Shown here piece after piece: positions 32,889-44,625 of a stretch of 64,000 nucleotides of DNA (position 1 is the stretch's first letter; every line of letters begins with the position of its first letter). This stretch comes from an uncultured virus (IMG/VR IMGVR_UViG_2061766007_000832). Its lineage: Duplodnaviria > Heunggongvirae > Uroviricota > Caudoviricetes. The stretch is from IMG/VR virus record IMGVR_UViG_2061766007_000832; one strand, given 5' to 3'. The translations under genes and the position numbers were made by a program. The notes under the pieces are model-generated. The model did no database searches. It was given only the letters and a program-made list of their open reading frames with translations, and was not told where the DNA came from.

Positions 32889-33347
32889 TCCTCCTTCTTA
32901 CACTTCAGCACCCGTCACAGCGGCTACCGCTGCGCCNNNNNNNNNNCATATAGTATCAATATTCAATAAACTTAAGTTTAAGGCTGAAGTTTGCACGCTC
33001 GTCACGAGTGGTAGTGTAATACTTTGCTTCACCCGTACGGTCGCCGACATAATACTTCCCGGTGTACATCGTATTGAATGTGCGTGGATCCGGAGCAGTC
33101 ANNNNNNNNNNNNNNNNNNNNNNNNNNNNNNNNNNNNNNNNNNNNNNCTTTCCCAAGTGAACTCGTAGTTCACCTTCGTCGCAACGTACGCACGATGCAG
33201 TGTGCCGTTTGCGTCCCGGTAACCTCCGGTGTCCAAGTCGCCAACCTGGTACGTCCATTTTGATGGATCCGGAATGTTAGGAATGTTTCCGTTCCCTATG
33301 GTTATCCCAAGCTCGTAGTTATAATGTCTCACGATAATCATTCCTCC

Positions 33348-36300
33348 NNNNNNNNNNNNNNNNNNNNNNNNNNNNNNNNNNNNNNNNNNNNNNNNNNNNN
33401 NNNNNNNNNNNNNNNNNNNNNNNNCTGTTGCTGGCCCGTGTCACATCGATCAGGTCACGCATCAGTCCGACAAGATCGCTGTTACCTTTCCGTACACCTG
33501 TCTCCACGTTCGCTGCGTCCTGGGTAGGGTCGGCTGGTTCTGTCTTCACGGTTTCAGTGCCGTTCAGGAACGGGCCGGTGGTGGGCGGAGCAGGAGTAGG
33601 GATCGGTGCTGTAACAGGAGGACGTGTCGGATTTGCAGTAGGAGTAACATTCAATTCATTAAGAGTATCTAAATACTTCTGCAATGAAAGCCGATTGAGC
33701 TCCATGTTCGCTGCGTCAACAGCTTGCTTTGTCGCATCTACAAGATCATTCATGTTTACTTTGTATTCAGTAATATCAATTTCCGGATGATCAAGATCAA
33801 TCCATGATTCTTCCTCGTCAGGATAGATATCCTTGAATCCCCAAATGTTGTCCATGAATGTTCTCCATGCGGAGTACATCTTTGTCGATCCGTTTTCCGC
33901 AAGGAACTGCTCTGCAATATTGTCGATAACGGATCTCGGAATAAGATCCGCATAACTCATTGCTCCGTTATTGATAAGCTTTTTGATTGTTCCGTAGTTA
34001 TCTTCACCGAGTGCGCTTCTTAAAATGTCATCAAGCAGTGCGTTAAATTCCTCGCTTGCATCTTCACGCATACTGCCGTCAGCACTGAACATACTTCTAA
34101 AGAAGTTAGGCCAATCTTCCTTAAAGTCGATACCAGCGCCATAGAATGCCCCGGAAAGGTCCTGGTCGGAAATTTCAAAATTAAGCATGCTCATGATTGC
34201 CTTTTTGAAAATTTCTTTCCCGGGTTCAGACATGTTTTCTACGCCACTACGGAGACGATCATCCCATGTTGCGATAAGATTGCTAATCTTATCGTCATAT
34301 GATTTTGCAATTTCCTCGTCGCCTTCATTGCCCCTTGCTCGATAGAATGCTGCCAGCTGAGAATAGCTTGTAAGCTCTTCTTGCAAGGTTAACTGATACT
34401 TCTCTTTCAGCGTCTTCTTATATTCGTCCCAAATATCGGTTGCTTTATCAAAGTTCTTCTGAGTTAATCCAGAAAGAGAACCCATCAATCCGCCAACACC
34501 TTCGGACGAAGCCTGTGCCTGGGTAATGGCTTTCTGTACATTTGTGATTTTTTCAGTCAGTTCAAGGATTAATTCATCATCAAATGTCTGGATACCGTCA
34601 ATAGTTTTACCCTTGAGTGCATCTGCAAGCCTTGTACCAAGCCGTCCCATTTCTTCTTCGACTTCACTCCATCCGGTAATGCCGGACTTCATGTATTCCG
34701 CTGAAAGGCTGTCATTCGTTTCGCCATTTCCATTTGTCATAGGAATAAGCGTGAAGCTTGTTTTAATCAATTGCTTATTGTCTTCCGCATACTTGTTAAT
34801 CTTTCCGATAATTCCGCTTGCTCCATCTTCACCGAACAAATCATTTTTCAGCTGTGTATAAGTGTCTTCCGTTGCAAGACCATACTTGATTGTCTGAATT
34901 GTCGGAACAAGCGCTTCAATATCAGCCTGAAGCTGTTGACGTTCCTCAGGAAGAATTTCAACCGTATGGGAAATGACAGTAAGAGTTGCGTTAATGTTGG
35001 CAGTGAATCCTTTTTCTTCGATGAAATCACGAATCTGCTTTTCTGTAGCCTCGTAATCTCCCCACTTGATGGACTGGTTCTTTGTTGTAAGCAATGCGCC
35101 AATACCAATCGCTGCTGTAATTGTAGCGACTGTAAGCCCTGCTGTAACTGCCCCAAGGCCAAGCGATCCAACCAAGCTTGCCCCGGCAAGTTTCGCCATA
35201 AAGCCAGTTCCAAGCCCTATTGCAAGTGAGGAAATTGCTGCGCCCTTGATTGTATCTTCCGTCACACCGCTATTGACAGCTTCTACAATCGTTTTAATTC
35301 CAACAACAGCGCCAAATGTAGTTACAGCAAGAGCTGCACCACCAGCAAGCGACGTTTTGAGCGAATTTCCGGCAAACGTGTATGCAAGATAAGCAGCTGC
35401 CGCACCTGATTTCAATCCGGTTACAGCGCTAAGCGCAAGGCTTTCTTTTGAAATAGCAGACGTATCGTTGTCACCAACGAGGGTAATAATGTCTGCAACA
35501 ACGCTGACACCAAGTGAAAGCGGAAGGGCAAGTTTAGCATATTTTCCTTTAAGGATTTTGCTGAGAATCTTCCCGACAAAGAAGCTACCGATAAGCGGAG
35601 TAAGAACGCTCCCAATAAGCCATCCACTTTCGCCTGTTTTAAGGTACTGTTTATCAAGCAGAGTGGTAACATCAAACACAAGCGAAATGGTGGATACTGT
35701 TCCGATCAGTCCCCCAAGTGTGCCGATAAAGCCCTTAAATGCATTCGCAACCTTCCATCCGAGAATCGCAGTGCCAATCTTTTTCGCAAGGTTCCACACA
35801 CTGCCGAACTGATCGTTAATTGCTTCCACAAAGTATTTGATCTTCTGGTCAAACTTGCTGACTTCCTCGAACATGTTCTTATATTCTTCAGCAGTTTTAC
35901 CACTACCACTTCCACCACTGTTTGATGTACTTTGAATAATGTTTAGTTCATCCCAGTCTGCAAGCAGGTCTTTAACAGCCTTGCTGGCCCCGTTCGCTGC
36001 CTTCTTTGACTTTTCAAAAGCTTCAGCAGGTTCAGCAAGAGCTCTTGTCCATGTCTTTTGTCCGGCAAGAATTGCGAAGAACTGATTCGCTACGTTAATT
36101 CCAGAGATAAACCAGTTAACAACAGAATTAAGAATAGGAATCAATGCCTGAAGAGCAGGAGCAAGCGCAGCGCCAATACTATTCTTCATCTGCTGTATTG
36201 CTGTTGCAGCGGAATCCATTGCCGGCGCAAAGGACGTTCCTACAGCCTTACTGTACTGATATACATTCTGAACACCCTCGGAGAATCCAGAAGTAATATG

Positions 36301-38046
36301 CTTAATCACCGTCCGCAGGAAACGATATCTTGCAATCACGCCCAGACGCTTGGTCATCTGCGAAATGGTCGGGAACATTTTCTTTATTCCATCTTTCAAT
36401 CCGCCCATCACGCCACCAAACGAAATAGTAGCCCCGGACGCATCTTCTTGCGCAGCCTTAAGCTCTTCAATCTTACTAATAAGACTCTGGATTGCCATAG
36501 TCCTTTCAGCAATCTGCTGTTGGTCAAGCTTTCCTGCTTCAATGTCACGCATAAGTGCATCCTGCATACCGTTCATTTTCATGGTAAGCAGATCAGTCTG
36601 ACTCATGTCAATGTATTTACTGATATCAATGGTGTTCATATTTTCTGTAACACCATTCCATTCATCAATCTGTCTCTTCACTTCTTCGTTGGACATTCCA
36701 AGCTGTTTTGCCGCCTGATCTATTGCGGAAGCTTGCTCGAACTCAGTGCCATTGCCATGGAGCCAGTCAGACATGAGCGAATGCTTGCCCATAGCCTGTT
36801 CACGAGTTCCGTTATAAAGATCTTCAAGAGACAAGCCTTTATAGTAATTATAGACTTTCCCGACTGCCTGGTTATAATCATTTGCTGCATGTGCCATGGT
36901 TTGCATGGCCTGTGCGCCTTGCTGAACTTCTTCTACAACCTCCTTCGTTTCAGAAAGCTGTGAGCCGAAGCTCATTAACGGCATTTTTTCAAATACTTCT
37001 GCGGATCGTTTTGCGTCAAGAAACTCTTTTTTGACTCCTGCAATCTGATTAACAAGCTGATTGAATTCCTTGTACTTGATCGGAGTATTCAGTCTGTCCA
37101 TCAGCATCTCAATATTCTTTGATGCAATTGTAGCTTCAGCGCTGGTTGCGTTAATTTTCGGAAGCGTAGCGTCAAACACATCACGGAAATTACCAGCAGC
37201 AGATCCTGCATTCTGGAATCTATCACGAAGAGATGATATCGGGTCTACAAGATACTGATCAAGATTCGTATCCTTCACGATATTGGCAGTATCCTGAATC
37301 TGTATATTGAAATCCCTTGCCTCATCAATCGCAGTATGAATTGTAGATGTATATCTCTCGAATCCTTCAACAGCATTCTTAATGTTATCGCTTACATTAT
37401 TTACTGCGCTTTCATTTTCTCCCTTACCGCCGAAGAACTGCAAACCAAATGACCGTCCTCCAACAGACGTCTTGCCCATAGAGTCATTCAGTGCGCTTGC
37501 AGGTCCGGAGCCCACCACGCTCTTGATCCGCTCGGATGCATCAGCATATTCCTGCAAGGCGGCAGCAACTTTGGAGATACCGTCTGCTTTTTTCTCGAGA
37601 CCTGACGGAATAGACTTTGCGCCCTCGCCGATAGCAGCAAGCGCCTGTCCAGCCTTGTATGCGTTATCTGTATTCCACTCTCCCGTGAGAGCTTCCCTTA
37701 TATTCTTAATCTGTGTGCCGGCCTGACCAAGGCGGATGCCGTCTCCAATGGCATCCTTCAGATCCCTGATAGGTTGTGCATTGAACCGCACCTTGTCGGC
37801 CTCGTCGAACGCCTTCTTGTACGTTGACATGGCATTCAGGAACGAGCCGACATTCGCAAAGGTCTTGCTGTTTTCCTTGACAGCATTTGCGAATGTGTTC
37901 AGCGGTTTGGAAACACCGGACAGTTTCAGTCCCTGTCCGAGTGCGTTCTGTAAACCAACGAGTGCGCCAGTCAGTTCGGAAAGACCTCCGGCTGCCTCCG
38001 TAGAATTATCTTGAATTGTTAAATTCAGTACACCCACTTCAGGCAT
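33348..38046 (-). CDS. Tail tape measure protein (C-terminus in gap)
   Basis: About 1550 aa, Ala/Gly-rich helical, central hydrophobic segments, LADWDELNII; follows the chaperone genes. Confidence 0.9.
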
Positions 38047-38080
38047 AGTCTATTCCTCCCCTTCTGACGCACCCATATTC

Positions 38081-38563
38081 TTACTGCCCAGATCCTTCAC
38101 GCTCTTGCTTTTCCTTTTCGAGCCGTTTCTCTATGTTCTTATTGAACTTCGATATCGCTGCCTGGAACATAGCCATTGCGATATTGGACTGGTCTTCTTC
38201 GTATTTCTGACGATCTTCTTCCTTTTTCCTGGCTTCTGCCGTTTCAAGGAACGGTTTTCCAGGATACTCAGGAAGCGTAATTCCTTTGGTGTTTAATCCG
38301 CCCACAAACAGCGGGACAGCTTGCAACGCTGCGATAATGTACTGGCCCATATACCAGTTGTTTACATCCGCCATGCGCCGCTCGTTTTCGAGCCTGATCC
38401 GGTAAGACTTCAGAAACGCTCTTCGTGTTCCATATTCGCCGTCCCAGAACAGGTCATACGGCATTCCCATTGCGAGGTAATAAGGAAGCTGATCGTCAAA
38501 TATATCGCCACATGGGGTGCTACTCGTCTTCTGGGGTTCTTCCCCTATCAGACGGTTTCCCAC
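38081..38563 (-). CDS. Tail assembly chaperone, second ORF (gpT-like)
   Basis: LPYYLAMGMPYDLFWDG; overlaps the upstream chaperone in the -1 frame. Confidence 0.75.
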   Translation of the reverse strand: MGNRLIGEEPQKTSSTPCGDIFDDQLPYYLAMGMPYDLFWDGEYGTRRAFLKSYRIRLENERRMADVNNWYMGQYIIAALQAVPLFVGGLNTKGITLPEYPGKPFLETAEARKKEEDRQKYEEDQSNIAMAMFQAAISKFNKNIEKRLEKEKQEREGSGQ

Positions 38564-38952
38564 GTAGGGTCTGCGTCCTTATCCGCCCCTTCGGGTTCCG
38601 CCATGAACTCGTTCACGGGATTCATGTACAGCTGCACGAGCTTCACGACCAGGTCCTGTTTCTTGGTCTGCCGTTTCCAGATCTTTACGATCTGTTCCGG
38701 TGTCACCTTTCCGCCATAGTTTGCCTGGAAAGCGCCGGTGAACAGGTCTTCAGCGCAGGAATAGGGATAATCGAAGTCGATCTTGAATCCCCTGCGCTCC
38801 ATCGCCTTTACAACCCGGGGTGTAAACTCCAGGCGGTAACGGTTGCCGTATTCGTCCGGCAGAAGCAGTGCATGGATTTCCTCTTTCTTTCCTTCAGGTA
38901 CATTCAGTACCGGCACCTCATTGGATTTGACTTCCTTAACGTTCGCAGCCAT
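38548..38952 (-). CDS. Tail assembly chaperone (gpG-like)
   Basis: YRLEFT, VKAMERRGF, LFTGAFQAN; lies between the major tail and tape measure genes. Confidence 0.8.
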   Translation of the reverse strand: MAANVKEVKSNEVPVLNVPEGKKEEIHALLLPDEYGNRYRLEFTPRVVKAMERRGFKIDFDYPYSCAEDLFTGAFQANYGGKVTPEQIVKIWKRQTKKQDLVVKLVQLYMNPVNEFMAEPEGADKDADPTWETV

Positions 38953-39067
38953 TGGCTTGCCTTCCTTTCTCGCCTGGTAGATCAGGCACATTCATAATTT
39001 GTAGTGGTTTCATATGGAAAGGGCCAGGGAGAGAGGAGAAACCTCTCCCCCTTCCCTTTGTCCATCA

Positions 39068-39511
39068 TCAGGTGGAACTGAACACAACAACCGTACTGGG
39101 CGTTGCGTTGATGGTCATGCCAACCGCTTCGTTGACACCGCCGCCGGAAACACCGGCAGAGATTTCACCGGACCAGTCGAACTTTCCGTTGTGACCGTCG
39201 GGGATTTCGTTGCCGGCAGTACCGGAAGCGCCAAACCATACGGCGTAATCGTAGATGTGACCTTCGAGGGCTACGACCTTGGAGTAGTTTTCTGCGGTGT
39301 AGTTTGCTCCGAAACTAAACTCGGAAGTATCGCCGACACCGCTGATGTAGGTCCTCATGTAGTCCGACAGGGAGGTAATGTCGATACGCTCCTTCGGGGG
39401 GATCAGGTCCGGGAAGCTGGTTATATCAATCAGCTTCGCAAACGTGCCGGTCGTGGTCGTACGGTACATCAGGTATGTCTGATACGTGGAAATACCTTTC
39501 TGTGCAGGCAT
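39068..39511 (-). CDS. Major tail (tube) protein
   Basis: KLIDITSFPDL, IDITSLSD, FSFGANYT, GGGVNE; AAAGGAG RBS before MPAQKG. Confidence 0.88.
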   Translation of the reverse strand: MPAQKGISTYQTYLMYRTTTTGTFAKLIDITSFPDLIPPKERIDITSLSDYMRTYISGVGDTSEFSFGANYTAENYSKVVALEGHIYDYAVWFGASGTAGNEIPDGHNGKFDWSGEISAGVSGGGVNEAVGMTINATPSTVVVFSST

Positions 39512-39542
39512 AGTCTTCGCTCCTTTCAGAAGTTTTTGAATG

Positions 39543-39591
39543 AAAAAACGCATGATGCGTGGGTTGAACCCAGACTCGCAATCATGCGCCT
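39543..39591 (-). terminator. Attenuator before the major tail gene; contains conserved hairpin copy B (39575-39591)
   Basis: GCGCATGATTGCG...CGCATCATGCGT-TTTTT; element AG-G-CGCA-TGAT-TGCG-AG. Confidence 0.8.
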
Positions 39592-39617
39592 TCAATGGTA
39601 TTCAATTCATTGCCTGA

Positions 39618-40010
39618 TCATGGGCGGTACAGGTTACCTTCCGTATCCACAACCGCCTCATATCTGGCAACGTACCGGACAAGGTTCGTGTTGTCCAGTG
39701 TTGGAAGAAACTGACCGCTGATCCTGTTGAAGTTCATGGCGATCATCTCAGCGTCTGCTGCCGAATAGACCTTCTTTGCCGTTTTTTTCGTCCCTGCGTA
39801 GACTTCCAGCTGATAAGTGATCAGGGCATAATTTTCCACCGGAGTGGAGCTCTGCCTCTTGCTCACCGTCCTGTTGTCCATCTCGTAGAGTACGCCGGCA
39901 GGAAGCTTTGCAAAAGTATTCACCTGTGTGCTTACGAACATGTTCTCAGCGCATAGAGAAGCAGCAGCGTCATAAACTCTTGTGAAGACTTTCGTCTCAT
40001 AATCGATCAT
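39618..40010 (-). CDS. Tail terminator / completion protein
   Basis: ITYQLEVYA, RYVARYEAVV; position. Confidence 0.7.
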   Translation of the reverse strand: MIDYETKVFTRVYDAAASLCAENMFVSTQVNTFAKLPAGVLYEMDNRTVSKRQSSTPVENYALITYQLEVYAGTKKTAKKVYSAADAEMIAMNFNRISGQFLPTLDNTNLVRYVARYEAVVDTEGNLYRP

Positions 40011-40023
40011 GTCTGCTCACTCC

Positions 40024-40649
40024 TTACGGGATATACTCTGCAATCACCTGTCCGCCAATCCGTTCCGCTTCTTCCTCGAGATCACGCAGGGTGTTGTACA
40101 TGAATGGCCTTGCAGCCATACCTGCCGTCCAGTGGAACTGTCCGTCACTGCCTCTGTATACCCATCCATCGAGTCCGTGACCGTTCTTGTCATAGACATA
40201 ACCGTTAGGTTCCGGATGTGACTGAATGGCTCCGACAGCGCCGGTTCCGTATTCCACAAACAGTGCGTACGCTACGTCTGTCGTAACCACGCCTTCATGT
40301 TCACTGAGCATTTCTGCCCGGATGCTTTGAGAAAGCGCTCCTGTGTCATACGCAGGATTCCAGAAGAAGATCAGTTCGGCNNNNNNNNNNTAATGCCCGT
40401 TGTGATAATGCCTTCCTTGTCATTCAGCATTGCTGCCTGAAGGCTTTCTGAAAGCGCTCCTGTGTCATACGCAGGATTCCAGAAGAAGATCAGTTCGGCC
40501 CTGGCGATCTCCACACCCTTTTCAGTCAGCGTTTCGATAAGGTGAACCATGGCAGCCTGTAGATGATTCCGGAAGTCTTTAATCGCTTCGATTGCCCGTG
40601 CAACGGAAGCCGGGTCGAGAGTCATCGTGATGTTCTTCAGAACGATCAT
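40024..40649 (-). CDS. HK97 gp10-like tail completion protein (partly duplicated across a gap)
   Basis: DTGALSES, YALFVEYGTG, GMAARPFMY. Confidence 0.8.
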
Positions 40650-41059
40650 TCATCCTCACCGTCCGTGTCTTCTTCATCGTCTGTTTCCGGTTCTTCTTCC
40701 TCTTCGGGAATCGGAATCTCGTCCACAGTCATCTTGCGCAGCGCAATGCTCAGCACGTTCAGGCTCGGAGCAACAGTACGGATCTCGTACCTGTCGCCTT
40801 TCCACAGGATATAGCCGTCTTCCTTGATATCGGCTTTCGTGTTACACATGACCAGCACATGCGTGTACTGGATGTCCCGCCCATAGAATGTCGGTTTTGT
40901 CTGACCGCTCGGAGTGGAGAACGTTCCACGGTACGTAACGGGCTCTCCGTACACGGGCTGCGGGTCACCTGTGTGATCGCCGTCCTTGTTAAGATCGCTT
41001 TTCAGACCAGTGTTCGGATAATACTGAAACCGCTTTGTGTTCCGTCTCAGGTTTCGCAT
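40646..41059 (-). CDS. Head-closure protein
   Basis: MRNLRRN...YEIRTVAPSLN; position. Confidence 0.7.
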   Translation of the reverse strand: MRNLRRNTKRFQYYPNTGLKSDLNKDGDHTGDPQPVYGEPVTYRGTFSTPSGQTKPTFYGRDIQYTHVLVMCNTKADIKEDGYILWKGDRYEIRTVAPSLNVLSIALRKMTVDEIPIPEEEEEPETDDEEDTDGEDE

Positions 41060-41071
41060 GCGATCACCGCC

Positions 41072-41410
41072 TTACACAATGACCTTGCAGTAAGGGGTGA
41101 TCTCTTTGAGCATGGTTTCAGGATAGTCAGATGACCCCCAGTTACGGTGGATCCCGTTTTCTATGTGCTGAACCTGCCCTTCAGCCCCAATTTTGTTGAG
41201 GCTGAAAATCGCCATGCGGATCTGAAGACCTTCGTACCGTCTCGGCACTTCCTTGCCTTCGCCCTGCCCGTTGAACTGATACAGCTGGTTGAGTATTACG
41301 TCACCTGCGAGATCGAGATGTTCCTCCAGAATAGCTTCGTCGATAACATCGTCAGGATCTTCACTCAGCATGTGGTTCCGAAGCCTGTCGATCTTTTCAT
41401 CTCTCCGCAT
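41072..41410 (-). CDS. Head-tail connector protein
   Basis: VPRRYEGLQIRMA, NKIGAEGQVQHIENGIHR. Confidence 0.8.
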   Translation of the reverse strand: MRRDEKIDRLRNHMLSEDPDDVIDEAILEEHLDLAGDVILNQLYQFNGQGEGKEVPRRYEGLQIRMAIFSLNKIGAEGQVQHIENGIHRNWGSSDYPETMLKEITPYCKVIV

Positions 41411-41425
41411 TCTGGCTCACTCCTT

Positions 41426-41673
41426 TCACTCGCTGATCTTTTTCCGTCTGCTTGAAGCCGTTTTCGGCTTTTCCTGGGCTTCCTTTGTGTCCGGTTCCTT
41501 CTCCGCTTCAGCAGGCTTTTCTTCCTTCACCGGAGCCGGCTGGGTGGCGGGTTTNNNNNNNNNNNNNNNNNNNNNNNNAGGGAAGCCAGGTCAGCCTCAT
41601 TCACGTCGAAAGTCATTCCGGTTGTTGCCCAGTCCAAACCATACTTGATGTTGGTTTTCGCTCTGACTTTCAT
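41426..41673 (-). CDS. Small Lys/Glu/Pro-rich protein after the capsid gene (gapped)
   Basis: MKVRAKTNIKY...KPKTASSRRKKISE; GGAGGTG RBS. Confidence 0.6.
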
Positions 41674-41691
41674 CGTGACACCTCCGGTTAA

Positions 41692-42762
41692 TTAATACAC
41701 CTTCAGCACAGCGACCTGATCCATCTGCTCATAGCTGGGCAGGATGATTTCAGACACGATGGTGTTGATGTTTACGGGATGCGGCTCAACGATCTGAGTC
41801 ACCGCAACACCGCTGTCCACGATGGCGACATCCGCCATGTTGGAGCTCAGCAGGTCTGCTTCTTCAGGCGTAGTGCCCAGGTAGGTAGTACCCAGAGTAC
41901 CGTCGGGAACGATAGCAACATAGCCGTCCGGGCAGAACTTGAAGGTGTTCTTGTTCTCGTTCTGGTACTTCTTGTCGTAGATGACGATATCCAGTTCGGT
42001 GGTATCACGCAGAACCTTGGTGATATCGCCGTCTCCGGGAGTCGCCACAGCGATGCCGGAAGTAGTGATGAACTTGTTCAGGACAGCCTTGTTGCCGCGC
42101 AGGTTACGGAAGGTAGCGCTGTTCATGATCATCATGGCAGCCTTTCCGCCCTTGTCGCTGATTGCATCCTTACCGGTCTGAATGTCTGCGAAAGGATCGG
42201 AATGATCCTTGTCAGTCCACACGCCCTGGCCGGTCAGTGCGAAGTAGTTGGAAGCTCTCCAGGAACCGTTGATGTCGTAGTTGTAGGTGTAGTCCACACC
42301 GTTCGCCACGATGGAGATGCCCAGGTTACCGTTCTTGGGGAACAGGAGCTGCATACGCTCACGTTCGCCGACAACCCGTGCGCCCTCCAGCAGTTCATTG
42401 GCATCGTCGAAGATTTTGCCGATGATCTCACGGACATAGGGGTTGCTGGTATCCATGGCATTCAGGATATTCTGACGATCCTTTTCCTTGATCTTGAAAC
42501 CCTCCCGGAAGAAAGGCATTTCAGACTCCAGCTTGTTAACGCCGGGGCGATCACGGTAGGTGGCTTTTGCGTCAAACGCAGAAGGCATCAGGGAAACAGG
42601 AAGTCCCTTGGAGCCTTTGAACCAGCTCAGTTCCAGACCGGCTTTCTGCTGACGGGGGAACAGCACTTCGCCCAGATAGGGATCTGCGAGTGTCTGTGCC
42701 TCAGTCCAACTCATGCCGATGGCAGCAGGGGATACAATCTTCCGAAGAGCATTGAAATCCAT
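41692..42762 (-). CDS. Major capsid protein (capsid E family)
   Basis: YLGEVLFP, MPFFRE, GTTYLGTTPEE, PVNINTIVSEIILPS. Confidence 0.92.
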   Translation of the reverse strand: MDFNALRKIVSPAAIGMSWTEAQTLADPYLGEVLFPRQQKAGLELSWFKGSKGLPVSLMPSAFDAKATYRDRPGVNKLESEMPFFREGFKIKEKDRQNILNAMDTSNPYVREIIGKIFDDANELLEGARVVGERERMQLLFPKNGNLGISIVANGVDYTYNYDINGSWRASNYFALTGQGVWTDKDHSDPFADIQTGKDAISDKGGKAAMMIMNSATFRNLRGNKAVLNKFITTSGIAVATPGDGDITKVLRDTTELDIVIYDKKYQNENKNTFKFCPDGYVAIVPDGTLGTTYLGTTPEEADLLSSNMADVAIVDSGVAVTQIVEPHPVNINTIVSEIILPSYEQMDQVAVLKVY

Positions 42763-42791
42763 AGTTGTTGTCTCCTTTCATTGATTATTTG

Positions 42792-43436
42792 TTATTCAGG
42801 CCATTGTACGTGCCGTAGCAGGTGTCCGCATCCGACACGGGCATCCGCATAAATCGGAATCCCGTTGCTCCTGCACTGTACGCAAAAGTACAGGTCTTCA
42901 CTCAGCATGCCCTTGTTTGCGTCCCCGTAGTTGACCCAGTCATACCACGGGTAGCTGATCTTACTGAACACGTCAGTCCTGATCAGGGCACATCCCATAC
43001 CGCCTCCGTGAATCTCGAATGCCTTTATGCCGGCATCCTTCATCACTTTCAGTTCATCGGCGGTATATTCCGATTCAAGCGGATAGTGGTAATACTCCTT
43101 GCCGTCCTTATCCGTCAGTCTGCACACGCAGGTCCTGCCGTGATACAGGTTGTCTTCTCCACGGTGGGCATAATACCCGACGCAGACTTCCTTCCCGTTC
43201 TCGAGCAGGTTCTTCAGCGCATCCTTCGCGAGTGTAACGTCGTTATCCACGGACAGCACGTAGTCTGTCTCAAGATCCATCGCTAACCGGGCAATCCTGT
43301 TCCGTGCCGTGGCTACGTCATATCCACGCACACTGTCAAACAGCACTTCATGCCCGTCCTTGTCCAGATCCCATATCGACTTATACGTGTCCGGATAAAT
43401 CGTCTCGTACGTTGGTACGGCTATGAGTATTTTCAT
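42792..43436 (-). CDS. GT-A fold (GT2-like) glycosyltransferase inside the head module
   Basis: KILIAVPT, VATARNRI, YVLSVDND, GGMGCALI, SEDLYFC, GCGH. Confidence 0.88.
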   Translation of the reverse strand: MKILIAVPTYETIYPDTYKSIWDLDKDGHEVLFDSVRGYDVATARNRIARLAMDLETDYVLSVDNDVTLAKDALKNLLENGKEVCVGYYAHRGEDNLYHGRTCVCRLTDKDGKEYYHYPLESEYTADELKVMKDAGIKAFEIHGGGMGCALIRTDVFSKISYPWYDWVNYGDANKGMLSEDLYFCVQCRSNGIPIYADARVGCGHLLRHVQWPE

Positions 43437-43450
43437 CGGTCATCCTCCGA

Positions 43451-43807
43451 TCAGGTCTCGCCGGTAGCGCCTTCCTGTGCGCAGATGTTGGTGCGGAACA
43501 CGATACCAGGCAGTGCTTCGTACAGGGCGGATACATAGCTCACACCGCTGTGCGCCTGGGCCTTGGTGGAGTCGATGACTCCCTGTACCAGCGCAGCGCC
43601 GTTGGGGTTCACATCGGTGTCCACGTCATACAGCAGGATGCCCGCTGCGCCGGCACCGGTGGTGCTTTCGCCCGCAGCGGTCAGGGGAGTGCCAGCCTTG
43701 ACAATCGTGCCTTCGCCGGGAGCAGCAACCTTGATCGGGATGCTCACAGGATTGGTGCAAGCCAGGATTTCAACACTGCCGCCGATTGTGGTCTTCGCAA
43801 ATTTCAT
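43451..43807 (-). CDS. Head decoration protein
   Basis: IVKAGTPL, GILLYDVD, GAALVQGVID. Confidence 0.8.
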   Translation of the reverse strand: MKFAKTTIGGSVEILACTNPVSIPIKVAAPGEGTIVKAGTPLTAAGESTTGAGAAGILLYDVDTDVNPNGAALVQGVIDSTKAQAHSGVSYVSALYEALPGIVFRTNICAQEGATGET

Positions 43808-43850
43808 TGAACATTTCTCCTTTCGTCAGGTTTAAATATTGGTATCATCC

Positions 43851-44519
43851 TTACCGGATGAGTCCCTGCAGCCGGTCACGAACAGACTGCTTTGTGCCGG
43901 CCCTCTGCTGTCCGAATTCCTTTGCGAAACGCATGGCTTCCTGCGTCTCACGATCCTCGGAACCTCCGCCGGACCCGGGTGCGGGAATCTTTCCGAACTC
44001 GATCCGAAGCGCCTTTTCCTTTGCGTCCCATGCCTGTTTGATCAGTAGGAGTGCGTTATCCACGTTCTCACATCCGATCAGACTTTCGGCAATATTTCCG
44101 GCAACGGCTTTATCCACGCCGAGATTGCTCATAACGGCATTGGTCGCATCGATCATCGCAACCTTTTTCTCGAGCTCCGCAACGTGCGCTGCGGCTTTCT
44201 CCTGCTCTTCCTTCTTGTTCGCTGCGTCAATCTCTTCCTGAGTCATCTTCGCTTTGAGAGCTTTCTTGGCAGCGCTGGCTTCGGACATCGCCTTATCCTT
44301 CGCTTCCTTTTCCTTCGCATTCTTCAGCTCAAGCTGTGCGATCTTCGCCTTCAGCGCTTCTGTAGACTCGTCTTCCTGTCCGTTTCCGGCAGGTTCGGGA
44401 TTCGTTTCAGCAGGAACAGTCTCTGTTCCGGATTCTCCTGCGGGGGCAGGTTCTCCGCCTTCTCCGCCTTCAGCAAAAAACTGAAGATTCAGCGGAAGCA
44501 GTCCATTCTTGATTTCCAT
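43851..44519 (-). CDS. Capsid scaffolding protein
   Basis: LPLNLQFFAE N-terminal motif, coiled coil, position after portal. Confidence 0.88.
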   Translation of the reverse strand: MEIKNGLLPLNLQFFAEGGEGGEPAPAGESGTETVPAETNPEPAGNGQEDESTEALKAKIAQLELKNAKEKEAKDKAMSEASAAKKALKAKMTQEEIDAANKKEEQEKAAAHVAELEKKVAMIDATNAVMSNLGVDKAVAGNIAESLIGCENVDNALLLIKQAWDAKEKALRIEFGKIPAPGSGGGSEDRETQEAMRFAKEFGQQRAGTKQSVRDRLQGLIR

Positions 44520-44532
44520 ATTCACTTTCTCC

Positions 44533-44625
44533 TTTGCGCTTTTTATAGTGCATCTCCGCACTGTCAATTTTGCGTTTACAGTTCTCTCTGTTTTGCGTTT
44601 TATTAACGTCTGTTCTCTCAGACGT
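44533..44625 (-). promoter_or_regulatory. Three repeated hairpins in the scaffold 5' leader
   Basis: ACGTCTG-AGAGAA-CAGACGT, ACAG-AGAGAA-CTGT, AGTGC-GGAGAT-GCACT, each followed by AA(A/G)CGCAAA. Confidence 0.75.

Noticed and set aside
16527..40500. Other apparent duplications (16527-16721, 20575-20970, 21705-21930, 22410-23400, 32490-33341, 40326-40500)
   Set aside because: Each straddles a short N-gap, so they are scaffolding overlaps or alleles rather than proven genomic repeats.
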